DNA of 64,000 bases from Vicinamibacterales bacterium. GTDB lineage: Bacteria; Acidobacteriota; Vicinamibacteria; Vicinamibacterales; Fen-181. Both the position numbers and the translations under genes were made by a program. Position 1 is the stretch's first letter. Each line of letters begins with the position of its first letter. The notes below the pieces were generated by a model. That model searched no databases. It had not been told where the DNA came from and was given only the letters and a program-made list of their open reading frames with translations. Below are positions 39,798 through 50,363 of this stretch, one piece after another. The DNA lies in assembly GCA_041947015.1 (NCBI GenBank), contig JBHGBL010000008.1, forward strand, positions 5,878 to 69,877. Reading direction: 5' to 3'.

Positions 39798-40471
39798 TTG
39801 ACCTCAAGATCAACGGCATCCCGGTTTCGGTTGAAAAGGGCACGACGCTGCTGGAGGCCGCGACGTTCCTCGGATTCCCGATCCCCACGTTGTGCCATAT
39901 GGAGGGCCTGACGCCCTACGGCGCGTGCAGGTTGTGCGTGGTGGAGATAGGCGAGGAGCCGAAGGCCAGGCTCGTCTCTTCATGCACGTACCCGGCCGAG
40001 CCCGGCCTCGTCGTGCGAACGGCATCGGCGCGCGTCGTCAGGGCGCGAAGGATGATCATCGAGCTGCTGCTGGCCTCGTGCCCGCAGTCGAAGACAATCC
40101 AGGACCTTGCGTCCGCCCACGCCGTGAGACAGCAGCGGTTCAAGCAGGAGTACGAGGACTGCATCTTGTGCGGCCGCTGCATCCGGATGTGCAAGGAGCA
40201 GATGGCGGCGGGCGCCATCGGGTTCCGCAGCCGCGGCGAGAACCGCAGCCTTGGGACCCCGTTCGACAGGAGCTCCGAGGTGTGCAGGCTGTGCGGTGGA
40301 TGCATCTACGTGTGTCCGGCCTGCCAGCTGCGCTGCACCTACAGCGACCCGGAGAAGGTCATCTGCGGGGGCTGCGCCAACCTCGGGCCGCCCTGCCTGG
40401 AGAAGGAACAGTTCGACGACATGATGTGCTACATGAAGCCCTGTGTGGCTTGCGAGATCCGTAAAGACTGA
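39794..40471 (+). CDS. NuoG/HydA N-terminal-like FeS protein with no catalytic domain
   Basis: IPTLC...GACRLCVVE...SC (2Fe-2S), CILCGRC..MC, CRLCGGC.YVCP, plus an 8-Cys tail. ATGA coupling with the upstream gene. Confidence 0.88.
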   Translation: MIDLKINGIPVSVEKGTTLLEAATFLGFPIPTLCHMEGLTPYGACRLCVVEIGEEPKARLVSSCTYPAEPGLVVRTASARVVRARRMIIELLLASCPQSKTIQDLASAHAVRQQRFKQEYEDCILCGRCIRMCKEQMAAGAIGFRSRGENRSLGTPFDRSSEVCRLCGGCIYVCPACQLRCTYSDPEKVICGGCANLGPPCLEKEQFDDMMCYMKPCVACEIRKD

Positions 40472-40492
40472 CCGGAGAAGGAGGAGACGGAC

Positions 40493-42094
40493 ATGTCATT
40501 CTCGAGAATCAACGCTTCGGCCGCCACCCTCACCAAGAACCGCACGGAAGAGTCCATCGTCCCGATCTCCGGCATGTGCGTTACCTGCGTGGACGGGTGC
40601 GTGGGGATGTGCGAGATAGGAAAGTCGGCCTACCGCGGCCACGAGGTGATCTACCCGCAGCCGTTCGGCGTGATAACAACGGCATGCGAGAAGGACTACC
40701 CGCTCGACTACTCGCACTTCAACATCATGGGAACTGCCGTCGGGGCACACGGCGTCGAGGCCGACTCCGACAAGGCGATATTCCCGGCCGTCAGCCTGGA
40801 GACGAGGGTGGGTCGGGAGCTCGACTTGAAGTTCAAGCTGCCCTGGATCATCTCTGGCATCGGATCCACGAACATCGCGAAGAACAACTGGGAGGGGCTG
40901 GCGATAGGAACGGCACTCTCCGGCGTCGGCCTGACGATCGGGGAGAACGTTGCGGGAATGGACCCTGAGACCGTCCTGAAGCACGGGCGCGTCGTCGACA
41001 CCGTGGACCTGAAGAAACGCGTGAAACTCTACACGGACCACCAGCGGGACGGCTATGGCGCGATCATCGTGCAGGCGAACATCGAGGACACGAGGCTGGG
41101 CGTGCAGGAGTACGCCATCGATAAGCTCGGCGTTCAGGCAGTCGAGCTCAAATGGGGGCAGGGTGCGAAGGACATCGGCGGCGAGGTGAAGATCAACAAC
41201 CTCAAGAAGGCCCAGATGCTCTACGAGCGGGGCTACATCGTCCTGCCCAATCCGACCGACGCGAACGTCATCCGGGCCTTCGAGCGGGGTGCGTTCAAGG
41301 AGTTCGAGAGGCACTCGCGCGTGGGCATGGTGACAGAGGAAGGCTTCGCCGCCCGCGTCGAGGAGCTGAGGAAGGCCGGGGCCAAGTACATCTTCCTGAA
41401 GACCGGCGCTTACCGACCGGCCGACCTCGCCCGGGCAGTCGCCTTCGCGTCGAAGTACGGGATCGACATGCTGACGATCGACGGCGCCGGAGGGGGAACC
41501 GGCATGAGTCCCTGGCACATGATGAACGAGTGGGGCGTGCCCACGGTCGAGCTGCACTCGCTTGCGTACCAGTACGCGAAGAGAATCGCGGACGCCGGCG
41601 GCTACGTGCCACCCCTCTGCTTCGGCGGCGGGTTCACCTTCGAGGATCAGATTTTCAAGGGCCTGGCCCTCGGCGCGCCCTTCGTGAAGATGATTGGACA
41701 GGCCAGAGCACCCATCGCGGCAGCAATGGTCGGGAAGACCATCGGGCGGGCCATCGAGGAGAACCAGATCCCGGTCTACGTCGAGAGGTTCGGCAACACG
41801 AAGGACGAGATCTTCGTGACGGCAACCGAACTCCGCAAGCACCTGGGCGACGATGAGTTCGAAAAGCTCCCGGCAGGGGCCATCGGGCTCTACACTTACT
41901 ACGAGCGGCTGGCGCAGGGCCTGAGGCAGCTGATGGCGGGCAGCCGCAAGTTCACCATCGCTCACATTTCGCGCGGCGACATCGCCGCGCTGACCCAGCA
42001 CGCGGCGGCGGTCAGCGGCATCCCGTTCATAATGGACGTGGACAAGGAAGAGGCAGACTCGATCATCGCGAGCGCGCTCCCCTCGCACGTGTAG
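40493..42094 (+). CDS. Stand-alone FMN-binding glutamate synthase domain protein (GltB2-like)
   Basis: ELKWGQGAKDIGGE, LKTG, IDGAGGGTG, FKGLALGA, GLRQLMAG. N-terminal CVTCVDGC..MC. AAGGAGG RBS. Confidence 0.88.
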   Translation: MSFSRINASAATLTKNRTEESIVPISGMCVTCVDGCVGMCEIGKSAYRGHEVIYPQPFGVITTACEKDYPLDYSHFNIMGTAVGAHGVEADSDKAIFPAVSLETRVGRELDLKFKLPWIISGIGSTNIAKNNWEGLAIGTALSGVGLTIGENVAGMDPETVLKHGRVVDTVDLKKRVKLYTDHQRDGYGAIIVQANIEDTRLGVQEYAIDKLGVQAVELKWGQGAKDIGGEVKINNLKKAQMLYERGYIVLPNPTDANVIRAFERGAFKEFERHSRVGMVTEEGFAARVEELRKAGAKYIFLKTGAYRPADLARAVAFASKYGIDMLTIDGAGGGTGMSPWHMMNEWGVPTVELHSLAYQYAKRIADAGGYVPPLCFGGGFTFEDQIFKGLALGAPFVKMIGQARAPIAAAMVGKTIGRAIEENQIPVYVERFGNTKDEIFVTATELRKHLGDDEFEKLPAGAIGLYTYYERLAQGLRQLMAGSRKFTIAHISRGDIAALTQHAAAVSGIPFIMDVDKEEADSIIASALPSHV

Positions 42095-42259
42095 ACACCC
42101 TCAGGCCTCCCAGCAGCCTGCAGCAGCCGGGGCGACTTGGACGCGCCCCGGCTGCAGTTCGCCGAGTTCCCTGCGATCCCACCCAAGGCAGGCGAGGAGT
42201 CCATCTGCATGCCCGCATCTCCCGATGGCTTCGGGACCCGGCCGAATACTGACCGGTAG

Positions 42260-43744
<1,485 letters not shown>

Positions 43745-43772
43745 GGGCCGGAGGACCGGCGCGAACAACGAA

Positions 43773-45521
43773 ATGGACGAACGAGACAGGCCCGCCGGGC
43801 GTGTCCGCGGCTTCAGGAGCATGGTGCCGTTCGGGTTCCGCGACCTGGTCGACACCATGCTCGTCGAGACCGGAGGCGAACAGCCCGGTGCCGCGATTCT
43901 CGGGCGCATCTGCGAGTCCCTGCTCCGTTTCTCCGGTGCGGACGCCGCCAGCCTGCTCGTCGAGCAGGATGGCGAGGCTACGCGCTGCCTGGCACATGTC
44001 TCCCAGGCAGGAGTTCGTTCGGGGGCGGGCGCCGGGCCGGGCGCCGTCTTCGAAACTTCTGAACGGCCGGAAGCCGATCTCGTCCCCGAAGTGGTCCTGC
44101 GCGCCGTTCTTTCCGGGAGCGTTGCCGCTCCCGCGGAATCCTGCACCCGCGGCGGCAGCTTCTGGACGGGCGATACGGCCAAGCCGATCCTGCTTCGCGA
44201 CCCGGCCGAACACGGTCCCGGCATGCGCACGGTCATAATCGGCGGCAGCTACCCGTCGCTCGCCGTCGTACGGATCCCGATCAGCCGCCGGGCTCGCGGA
44301 GCATTTATCCTTGCGAGTCTTCGCAGGGATTACTTCAACTTCGAGGACATACTGACCTTCGAGACCGTCGGACAGACGCTCGGAGTTGCCTTTGCCCACC
44401 AGCGTGCGCAGTGGGCCCTGCGAGAACGCGTCAAGGAACTGACGTGCCTGTACGGAATCGCTGCCGTGTCGGGGCGGCCCGGAGTCGTACTCGAGGACTG
44501 CCTGCGCGAGATCGCGGCGTTGCTTCCCCCGGCGTGGCAGTACCCGGAAGTGACTGCGGCCAGGATCGTCCTCGACGGCCGCGAGTTCCTGACGCCGGGT
44601 TTCACGGACGCGCCCGCTCGGCTCTCTGCGGCGATTGTAGTAAACGCCGTGGAGAGGGGAGCCGTGGAGGTCGTCTACACTCGGAGGCCGCCTGGCAAGG
44701 ACGGCGACCCTTTCCTCGAGGAAGAGCGCAGCCTGATCGACGAGGTAGCGCGCCGCGTGAGCCTCATAGTCGAGCGCAGGGAGGCCGAAGTCGAGGCCGC
44801 GCGCCTCCAGGAGCAGCTTCGCCACGCGGAGCGGCTCGCGACCGTCGGCCAGCTTTCTGCAGGCGTCGCCCACGAGCTCAACGAGCCACTCGCCGCGGTG
44901 CTCGGCTTCGCGGAACTAGTGAAGACGGCTCCCGACCTCCCCGGCGCTGCAGCGGACGATGTCGATCGCATCATCAAAGCGGCGTTGCACGCCCGCGAGA
45001 TCATTCGGAAACTGATGATATTCACGCGGCAGATGCCGACCACCAAGGTAGCCTGCGACCTCAACCAGATCGCCCGCGAAAGCCTCTACTTCCTCGAGTC
45101 GCGGTGCCGCACGCAGGGCATAGACCTCTCGCGGCAGCTCGAGGAGGGTCTGCCTCTGGTCATGGCCGATCCTTCACAGATTCAGCAGGCGCTGGTGAAT
45201 CTGGTAGTCAATGCCATCCAGGCAACGCCATCCGGCGGTGCGATCAAGGTCAGCACCCGCTCGGAGGCTGATCGGGTCGTGCTCGCAGTGGAGGACACAG
45301 GTCCAGGAATGACGCCTGACGTGCAGCGGAAGCTGTTCACTCCGTTCTTCACGACCAAGGACGTCGGGCAGGGCACCGGCCTGGGCCTCGCCGTCGTTCA
45401 CGGCATTGTCGCGGCGCATGGCGGGACGGTTGACGTCAGGAGCGGGGTTGGTGCGGGTTCGACCTTCGAGATCGCAATACCGGTCGAGCGACCCGCCCCC
45501 GACCCGCTGGAGGCGCGTTGA
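43773..45521 (+). CDS. Cytoplasmic sensor histidine kinase with two GAF-like domains
   Basis: H-box GVAHELNEPL, NLVVNA, DTGPG, PFFTTK, GTGLGL. No TM segments. ERVKELTCLY GAF-like module. Confidence 0.92.
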   Translation: MDERDRPAGRVRGFRSMVPFGFRDLVDTMLVETGGEQPGAAILGRICESLLRFSGADAASLLVEQDGEATRCLAHVSQAGVRSGAGAGPGAVFETSERPEADLVPEVVLRAVLSGSVAAPAESCTRGGSFWTGDTAKPILLRDPAEHGPGMRTVIIGGSYPSLAVVRIPISRRARGAFILASLRRDYFNFEDILTFETVGQTLGVAFAHQRAQWALRERVKELTCLYGIAAVSGRPGVVLEDCLREIAALLPPAWQYPEVTAARIVLDGREFLTPGFTDAPARLSAAIVVNAVERGAVEVVYTRRPPGKDGDPFLEEERSLIDEVARRVSLIVERREAEVEAARLQEQLRHAERLATVGQLSAGVAHELNEPLAAVLGFAELVKTAPDLPGAAADDVDRIIKAALHAREIIRKLMIFTRQMPTTKVACDLNQIARESLYFLESRCRTQGIDLSRQLEEGLPLVMADPSQIQQALVNLVVNAIQATPSGGAIKVSTRSEADRVVLAVEDTGPGMTPDVQRKLFTPFFTTKDVGQGTGLGLAVVHGIVAAHGGTVDVRSGVGAGSTFEIAIPVERPAPDPLEAR

Positions 45522-45522
45522 G

Positions 45523-46890
45523 ATGCCGGCCGTAGAACCCCGGGGCCGCCTGCTCGTGGTAGACGACTCGGCCGATACGACCGAGCTTCTGCGGCGACAC
45601 CTGGTCTCGCGCGGCTACGAGGTGCTGACGGCGGGCGACGTTCGGCAGGCGCTGGCCGTCCTCGATCGCCACCAGGTGGACCTGGTGATAACCGACCTCA
45701 AGATGCCGGGTGCTTCGGGGCTGGAACTCGTGAGGCACGTGATGGCCAACGTGCAGGGCACCCAGGTGATCATGATAACGGGGTACCCCAGCGTCGAAGG
45801 CGCCGTCCAGGCGGTGAAGCTCGGCGCCGAGGAATACCTGCCCAAGCCCTTCACGAAGGAAGAGTTGTTCGCGGCGGTGGGGCGGGCTATGGAGAGGGCA
45901 CGAGGGGCCCGCACCGGACTTCTCGCGGTGCCGTTCGAGCCCCCGAACCCGCTGCGCCTGGTCGCCGCCAGTGAATCGATGCGGCGCGTGATGTTGGCTG
46001 TCCACGAGGCCGCTGCCGGCGCCGGCCCGGTCGTCATCGCAGGCGAGGAGGGCACGGGCAGGCAGCTGCTGGCTCTGGCCCTCCACCACGCGGGCGCCCA
46101 TGCGAACGGGCCGTTCGTCGTCGTGAATTGCGATCTCCCGGAGGATGTCCTCGAGAAGCGGATGTTCCCCGAGCCTGCGGCGACCGAGAGCGGGCTGCCC
46201 GCAAGTCTGTCGTGGGTTGAAGAGGCGAGGGGCGGAACGCTTCTGCTCCGTGACAGCCCGGCGCTGCCGGCCAGGCTCCGGGCGCGGCTGGTCCGCGCGA
46301 TCGATGCGAGTAGAGCCAGCGAACCGGCGGCCGCCAGGTTTCGCGTGGTAGGGACATGCGGCCCGGGGATGTCCCCGGCCGAGCACCTCCCCGGCGCCGC
46401 TGGTGCCGCTGGCGGACTCCACGCCGCAGTCTTCGGGGAGCTTGGCACCCTGCCACGAGCACGGACCATCATCGTTCCGCCGCTGAGGGAGCGGGGCGAC
46501 GACGTCCTCCTTCTCGCTCGCCGCTTTCTCGCCGTGTTCGCCGCGGAGTCGGGCCGCGCAGTGCCGTCGCTCTCGGAGGAGGCAGCCGATTGCTTCAAGC
46601 GGTACCCGTGGCCAGGGAACATAGTCGAGCTTCGAAACGTCGTGCGCGGAATCCTTGCAAGAACCGCCGCGGGCGTCATACGGTCAGGGGACCTGCCGGC
46701 AGGTCTGCGCGCCGGAGCCTCCCTGCGCGCTGACCTCATGCGCTCCCTTGCCGACGTCGAGGCCGAGTACGTGAAGGCGGTCGTCGCCAGCGTAGGCGGC
46801 AACAAGACGAGAGCGGCCGAGATACTCGGCATCAACCGCAAGACGTTGAGGGACAAGCTGCGGCAGAGGGGCCAGGCGGCGCCCTCCTGA
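45523..46890 (+). CDS. NtrC-like response regulator (REC-AAA+-Fis HTH) with degenerate ATPase
   Basis: Intact REC (VDD, TDLKMP, KPF) and HTH (GNKTRAAEILGI). AAA+ lacks GAFTGA, Walker A Lys and Walker B DE. Confidence 0.88.
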   Translation: MPAVEPRGRLLVVDDSADTTELLRRHLVSRGYEVLTAGDVRQALAVLDRHQVDLVITDLKMPGASGLELVRHVMANVQGTQVIMITGYPSVEGAVQAVKLGAEEYLPKPFTKEELFAAVGRAMERARGARTGLLAVPFEPPNPLRLVAASESMRRVMLAVHEAAAGAGPVVIAGEEGTGRQLLALALHHAGAHANGPFVVVNCDLPEDVLEKRMFPEPAATESGLPASLSWVEEARGGTLLLRDSPALPARLRARLVRAIDASRASEPAAARFRVVGTCGPGMSPAEHLPGAAGAAGGLHAAVFGELGTLPRARTIIVPPLRERGDDVLLLARRFLAVFAAESGRAVPSLSEEAADCFKRYPWPGNIVELRNVVRGILARTAAGVIRSGDLPAGLRAGASLRADLMRSLADVEAEYVKAVVASVGGNKTRAAEILGINRKTLRDKLRQRGQAAPS

Positions 46891-46920
46891 CGGCCGCATC
46901 GAGACGCCGGGCAACGCGCG

Positions 46921-48579
46921 ATGCGAAGCACCCATCCGTCCGAAGATGTCACCGTCTACGGCGACGGCGAGCCCGGCGGAAAGGGGGCGGGGCTGATCGC
47001 CGTGAACGGCTGGCGCCTGCCCTGCACTTCCCGGTTGCCCACGATGATCCTCGCAACCGGTTTCTACGACCGCTACCTGGAACGCGGTTGCAGGCTTTGC
47101 GGCGACGACTTCATCGTCCTCAGCGAGATCCTCCAAGCTCTCGGCGAAAGGCCGATCGGGGTGCGGTCTTCGGCAACCGACGAGGCCTGGTCGCCGGGGG
47201 AAGGCCGGACGATCCACGCCGGCGAGAACCTGTCGTTCATGCTTCCCAACAATCACGAGGACAGGGCGGTCCGCCTGCGCCAGCTCGCGCTCGCCGTCCA
47301 GCACGTATACGACGACTTCCACCGAAGGCACGGGCCCGGCTCGAGTGCACGGATGGGAATCGTCATCAACCCAATACCGGGGCTCTTCGATGACACGGCG
47401 GCGGGCCCTTTCTACTACCCGTACGTCTCCGGTGTCGCTGACTCGTTCTTCCCGTACGCACTCAAGAGCCAGGACCCCAGAGAGGGCTACGGGCGCATCG
47501 CCTTCGGCCACGGCTACGCCACGGTGCTGGACGACTTCCCGGTCATCCAGATGGCGACAATCCGGAACCCGCTGCCGCTGAACCTGCTCCAAACCGGCCG
47601 CGGGCAGCAGTTCTTCTACGCTCTTGACCTCACGAAGAACTGGGACCTCCAAGGTGACGAACTCGAGACGATGAAGAAGCTGCACGTGAGGCACGCCAGC
47701 TTCCACCGGGTGAGGCTGCTCGGGGTGCAGGGCCAGATCGTGACGATCGAGAACCTGGTGCAGCAGGATCAATTCGGGTTCCGGACCTCGCTGGCGCGCA
47801 TCATGGAGGAGATAGGTTCCAGGTCGGCCTCGAACTTCCAGATCGAATTCGTCTTCAACCTGGACTTCAGGCGGAAGCCGTGCCGCGAGGGTACTTTCCA
47901 CGTCGTGCAGCTGACCTGCATGCCAAAGACGGCGTGGGACCCGATCGAGATGCCGGCCGGAGCGCTCCGCACGTACCTGTGCACCTCCAGCCTGCAGGGA
48001 CATGGCGTGAGGCGGGGCATCAGGTACGCGGTCGTCGTGTCGCCGTTCCTCTACTCGAAGGACCAGCACGACGCGGTCAGGCGGCGGCTGGCAGAGATCA
48101 ACAGGGGGTTTCTCGGGAGCCGTGAGGAGTACATCCTCGTCGTTCCGGGAAGGCTCGGAAGCAGGAACCGTGATTGGGGCATCCACGTGGAATACGGTGA
48201 CGTCAGCCAGGCGGCGGCGATTTTCGAGTACGGGGTAGACATAGCCGGGCGGGTGCAGCCGCTTCCGGAGGAGAGCGAGATGACCGGCGGCACCTACGGC
48301 AGCCATTTCCTCTATGTCGTGCTGGGAGGCTACAGCGAGGATCAGAGGCGACTGCAGGCCAGGATGCACGGGACGCAGGGCACGCACTTCTTCACAAACC
48401 TCATGAGCGGCAACGTCGTCTACGCTTACGTGTCGCCCACCCAGGACAGCCTCGACCCGTGGTTCTTCTCGCCGCCCGCAGCGGGCGAAGCGGTCTACGT
48501 GCTAACCTTTCCGAGGCCGGCCTCGGTCTTTGCCGACGCGATCAGGCAGAGGTGCCTCGTCGTCGAGGAAGCGGCGTAG
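46921..48579 (+). CDS. PEP-synthase/PPDK N-terminal-like ATP-grasp protein with C-terminal His-motif domain (divergent copy)
   Basis: GGKGAG, GVRSSATDE, SGVADS, IEFV, VVQL. C-terminal PGRLGS...GSHFL...GTHFF. Confidence 0.8.
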   Translation: MRSTHPSEDVTVYGDGEPGGKGAGLIAVNGWRLPCTSRLPTMILATGFYDRYLERGCRLCGDDFIVLSEILQALGERPIGVRSSATDEAWSPGEGRTIHAGENLSFMLPNNHEDRAVRLRQLALAVQHVYDDFHRRHGPGSSARMGIVINPIPGLFDDTAAGPFYYPYVSGVADSFFPYALKSQDPREGYGRIAFGHGYATVLDDFPVIQMATIRNPLPLNLLQTGRGQQFFYALDLTKNWDLQGDELETMKKLHVRHASFHRVRLLGVQGQIVTIENLVQQDQFGFRTSLARIMEEIGSRSASNFQIEFVFNLDFRRKPCREGTFHVVQLTCMPKTAWDPIEMPAGALRTYLCTSSLQGHGVRRGIRYAVVVSPFLYSKDQHDAVRRRLAEINRGFLGSREEYILVVPGRLGSRNRDWGIHVEYGDVSQAAAIFEYGVDIAGRVQPLPEESEMTGGTYGSHFLYVVLGGYSEDQRRLQARMHGTQGTHFFTNLMSGNVVYAYVSPTQDSLDPWFFSPPAAGEAVYVLTFPRPASVFADAIRQRCLVVEEAA

Positions 48580-48631
48580 GAGTGAGGCCATTCGCCGGGC
48601 AGGCCGCACGGCACAGGTAGCAGGTCAAAAC

Positions 48632-49495
48632 GTGGATCAGGTGCTCGTGCTTGCCGCGTCGGAGCAGGTCCGCGCGGCTGGCGCCATCATCGAGTCGGCG
48701 CTACCCGGAACGGTGGTGAGGGTCGAGGCGAACCCTCTCGCGCTGGCCGGCGCGCTGACCGACCGGCCTACCGCCGTCCTGCTCGATGACACGGCGCTAA
48801 ACGTCGCCGGCGCCTCGCTGGAGGCGGCGCGTCGCGGCGACAGCGTCTACGTCCTCCTGTCGGCGCAGCCGCTGGTCGTTTCGGCGCCGGAAGAAATGGC
48901 CAGGAAGGAGTGCCGCTACGTCGACCTGGCAGACCTCATCTTCGCCGTGCCGCCGGCGCTGCCCGTGCCGGAAGCGGTCGTGCTGTCGGCGGTGCGCGCC
49001 GCCGATGACTTGCTTCGTATCGAACGGCGGCGCGAGCCCGGGTTCCCGATCTTCCTCGTCGTGGACGACGAGCCGCGCTGGTTCTCGGTGTTCCTGCCGG
49101 TCCTGTACGATGTCATAGGCCATCGCGCCGCAGTCAGGGTTGCGAGGACATACGAGGATGCCGTTGCATTCCTTTTCGGGACGGCCGACGGGAATCGAAT
49201 AGACGGTGCCGTCGAGGCCGGTCGTTCACGGGATGTGATCGGCCTTGTCACCGACCTCTACTTCCCGCGGTGCGGTGTGGTTTCGGGCGACAGCGGGCGC
49301 GACCTCATCGCTCTCGTCGCTCGTCGGTGTCCACAACTGCCGATTGTGGTTGCCTCGAAGAGTTGCGAGCCGCTGGAGGCGGCCGGTTGCCTTCTCGCTG
49401 TGCGCAAGGGAGAGCCGGGCTTTCTCGAGGCGCTGAGGGCCTGTGTCCGCGATCGTATCGGCCCCGCTTGTTCTGCTCGGACCGCGCCCGGCTGA
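48632..49495 (+). CDS. Tandem receiver-like domain protein
   Basis: FLVVDDE...ARTYEDA...GLVTDLYFP...PIVVAS...RK, homologous to the N-terminal part of 52481..55432. Start uncertain (48530-48632). Confidence 0.72.
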   Translation: MDQVLVLAASEQVRAAGAIIESALPGTVVRVEANPLALAGALTDRPTAVLLDDTALNVAGASLEAARRGDSVYVLLSAQPLVVSAPEEMARKECRYVDLADLIFAVPPALPVPEAVVLSAVRAADDLLRIERRREPGFPIFLVVDDEPRWFSVFLPVLYDVIGHRAAVRVARTYEDAVAFLFGTADGNRIDGAVEAGRSRDVIGLVTDLYFPRCGVVSGDSGRDLIALVARRCPQLPIVVASKSCEPLEAAGCLLAVRKGEPGFLEALRACVRDRIGPACSARTAPG

Positions 49496-49520
49496 CGCTG
49501 GCCGGAGCGGTGGGACAGGC

Positions 49521-50363
49521 ATGCGTTGTTTCTTCGCGACCGACCTGCACGGAGACGAGCGCCGGTACCGCGGCCTCTTCGACGCTGCGGCCGCCGGGAA
49601 TCCCGACGCGGTCTTCCTCGGCGGCGACCTCCTTCCCGCGCTTGCTGGCGCAACTGCCAGAGCTTTCCTCGACGAGGTGGTGGGGAGCGGCCTCAGAGAG
49701 CTTCGGGCCGTTCTCAAGTCGCGCTTCCCGAGGGTGTTCTTCATCCTAGGGAACGACGATCCGCGCCTCGCAGAGCCAGCCCTGCACGCGATGGAACGGG
49801 AGGGCCTCGCCGAGTACATCCACGAAAGGCGCGTGCCGCTCGGCAGTTTCGACGTGTACGGCTACGCCTTCGTTCCGCCCACTCCTTTTGCCCTCAAGGA
49901 CTGGGAGCGCTACGACGTGTCGCGATATGTCGATCCCGGCTGTGTTTCACCCGAAGACGGGCTCTGCTCTCTTCCGCTCGCCGTCGAGGAACGGCGCTAC
50001 GCGACGATCCAGGCGGACCTCGCCAGGCTTGTAGGCGAACGGCCGCTCGACCGCGCCATCTTCCTGTTTCACGGTCCAGCTTACGGTACATCGCTCGACC
50101 GAGCAGCGCTCGACGACAGGCGCGTGGACGGCGTGCCGATGGACGTCCACGTCGGCAGCATCGCCATCAGGCGCTTCATCGAGGAGCGGCAGCCGCTCCT
50201 CACGCTCCACGGGCATGTCCACGAGAGCGCGGCCCTGTCGGGAACCTGGCGGGAACGAATCGGACGAACCATCCTCTTCTCCGCGGCACACTCCGGCCCG
50301 GAGCTGGCGCTGGTGCGGTTCGATCCGGAACGGCTCGACGAAGCTACGCGCGACCTGGTGTGA
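49521..50363 (+). CDS. Calcineurin-like metallophosphoesterase (Icc-related)
   Basis: TDLHG, GGDL, GNDD, FHGP, HGHVHE. Confidence 0.9.
   Translation: MRCFFATDLHGDERRYRGLFDAAAAGNPDAVFLGGDLLPALAGATARAFLDEVVGSGLRELRAVLKSRFPRVFFILGNDDPRLAEPALHAMEREGLAEYIHERRVPLGSFDVYGYAFVPPTPFALKDWERYDVSRYVDPGCVSPEDGLCSLPLAVEERRYATIQADLARLVGERPLDRAIFLFHGPAYGTSLDRAALDDRRVDGVPMDVHVGSIAIRRFIEERQPLLTLHGHVHESAALSGTWRERIGRTILFSAAHSGPELALVRFDPERLDEATRDLV

Noticed and set aside
35748-40471. Respiratory complex I nuoEFG, [FeFe]-hydrogenase or formate dehydrogenase
   Set aside because: No other nuo genes are present, and there is no H-cluster, NiFe or molybdopterin domain. The NuoG-like protein is only ~225 aa.
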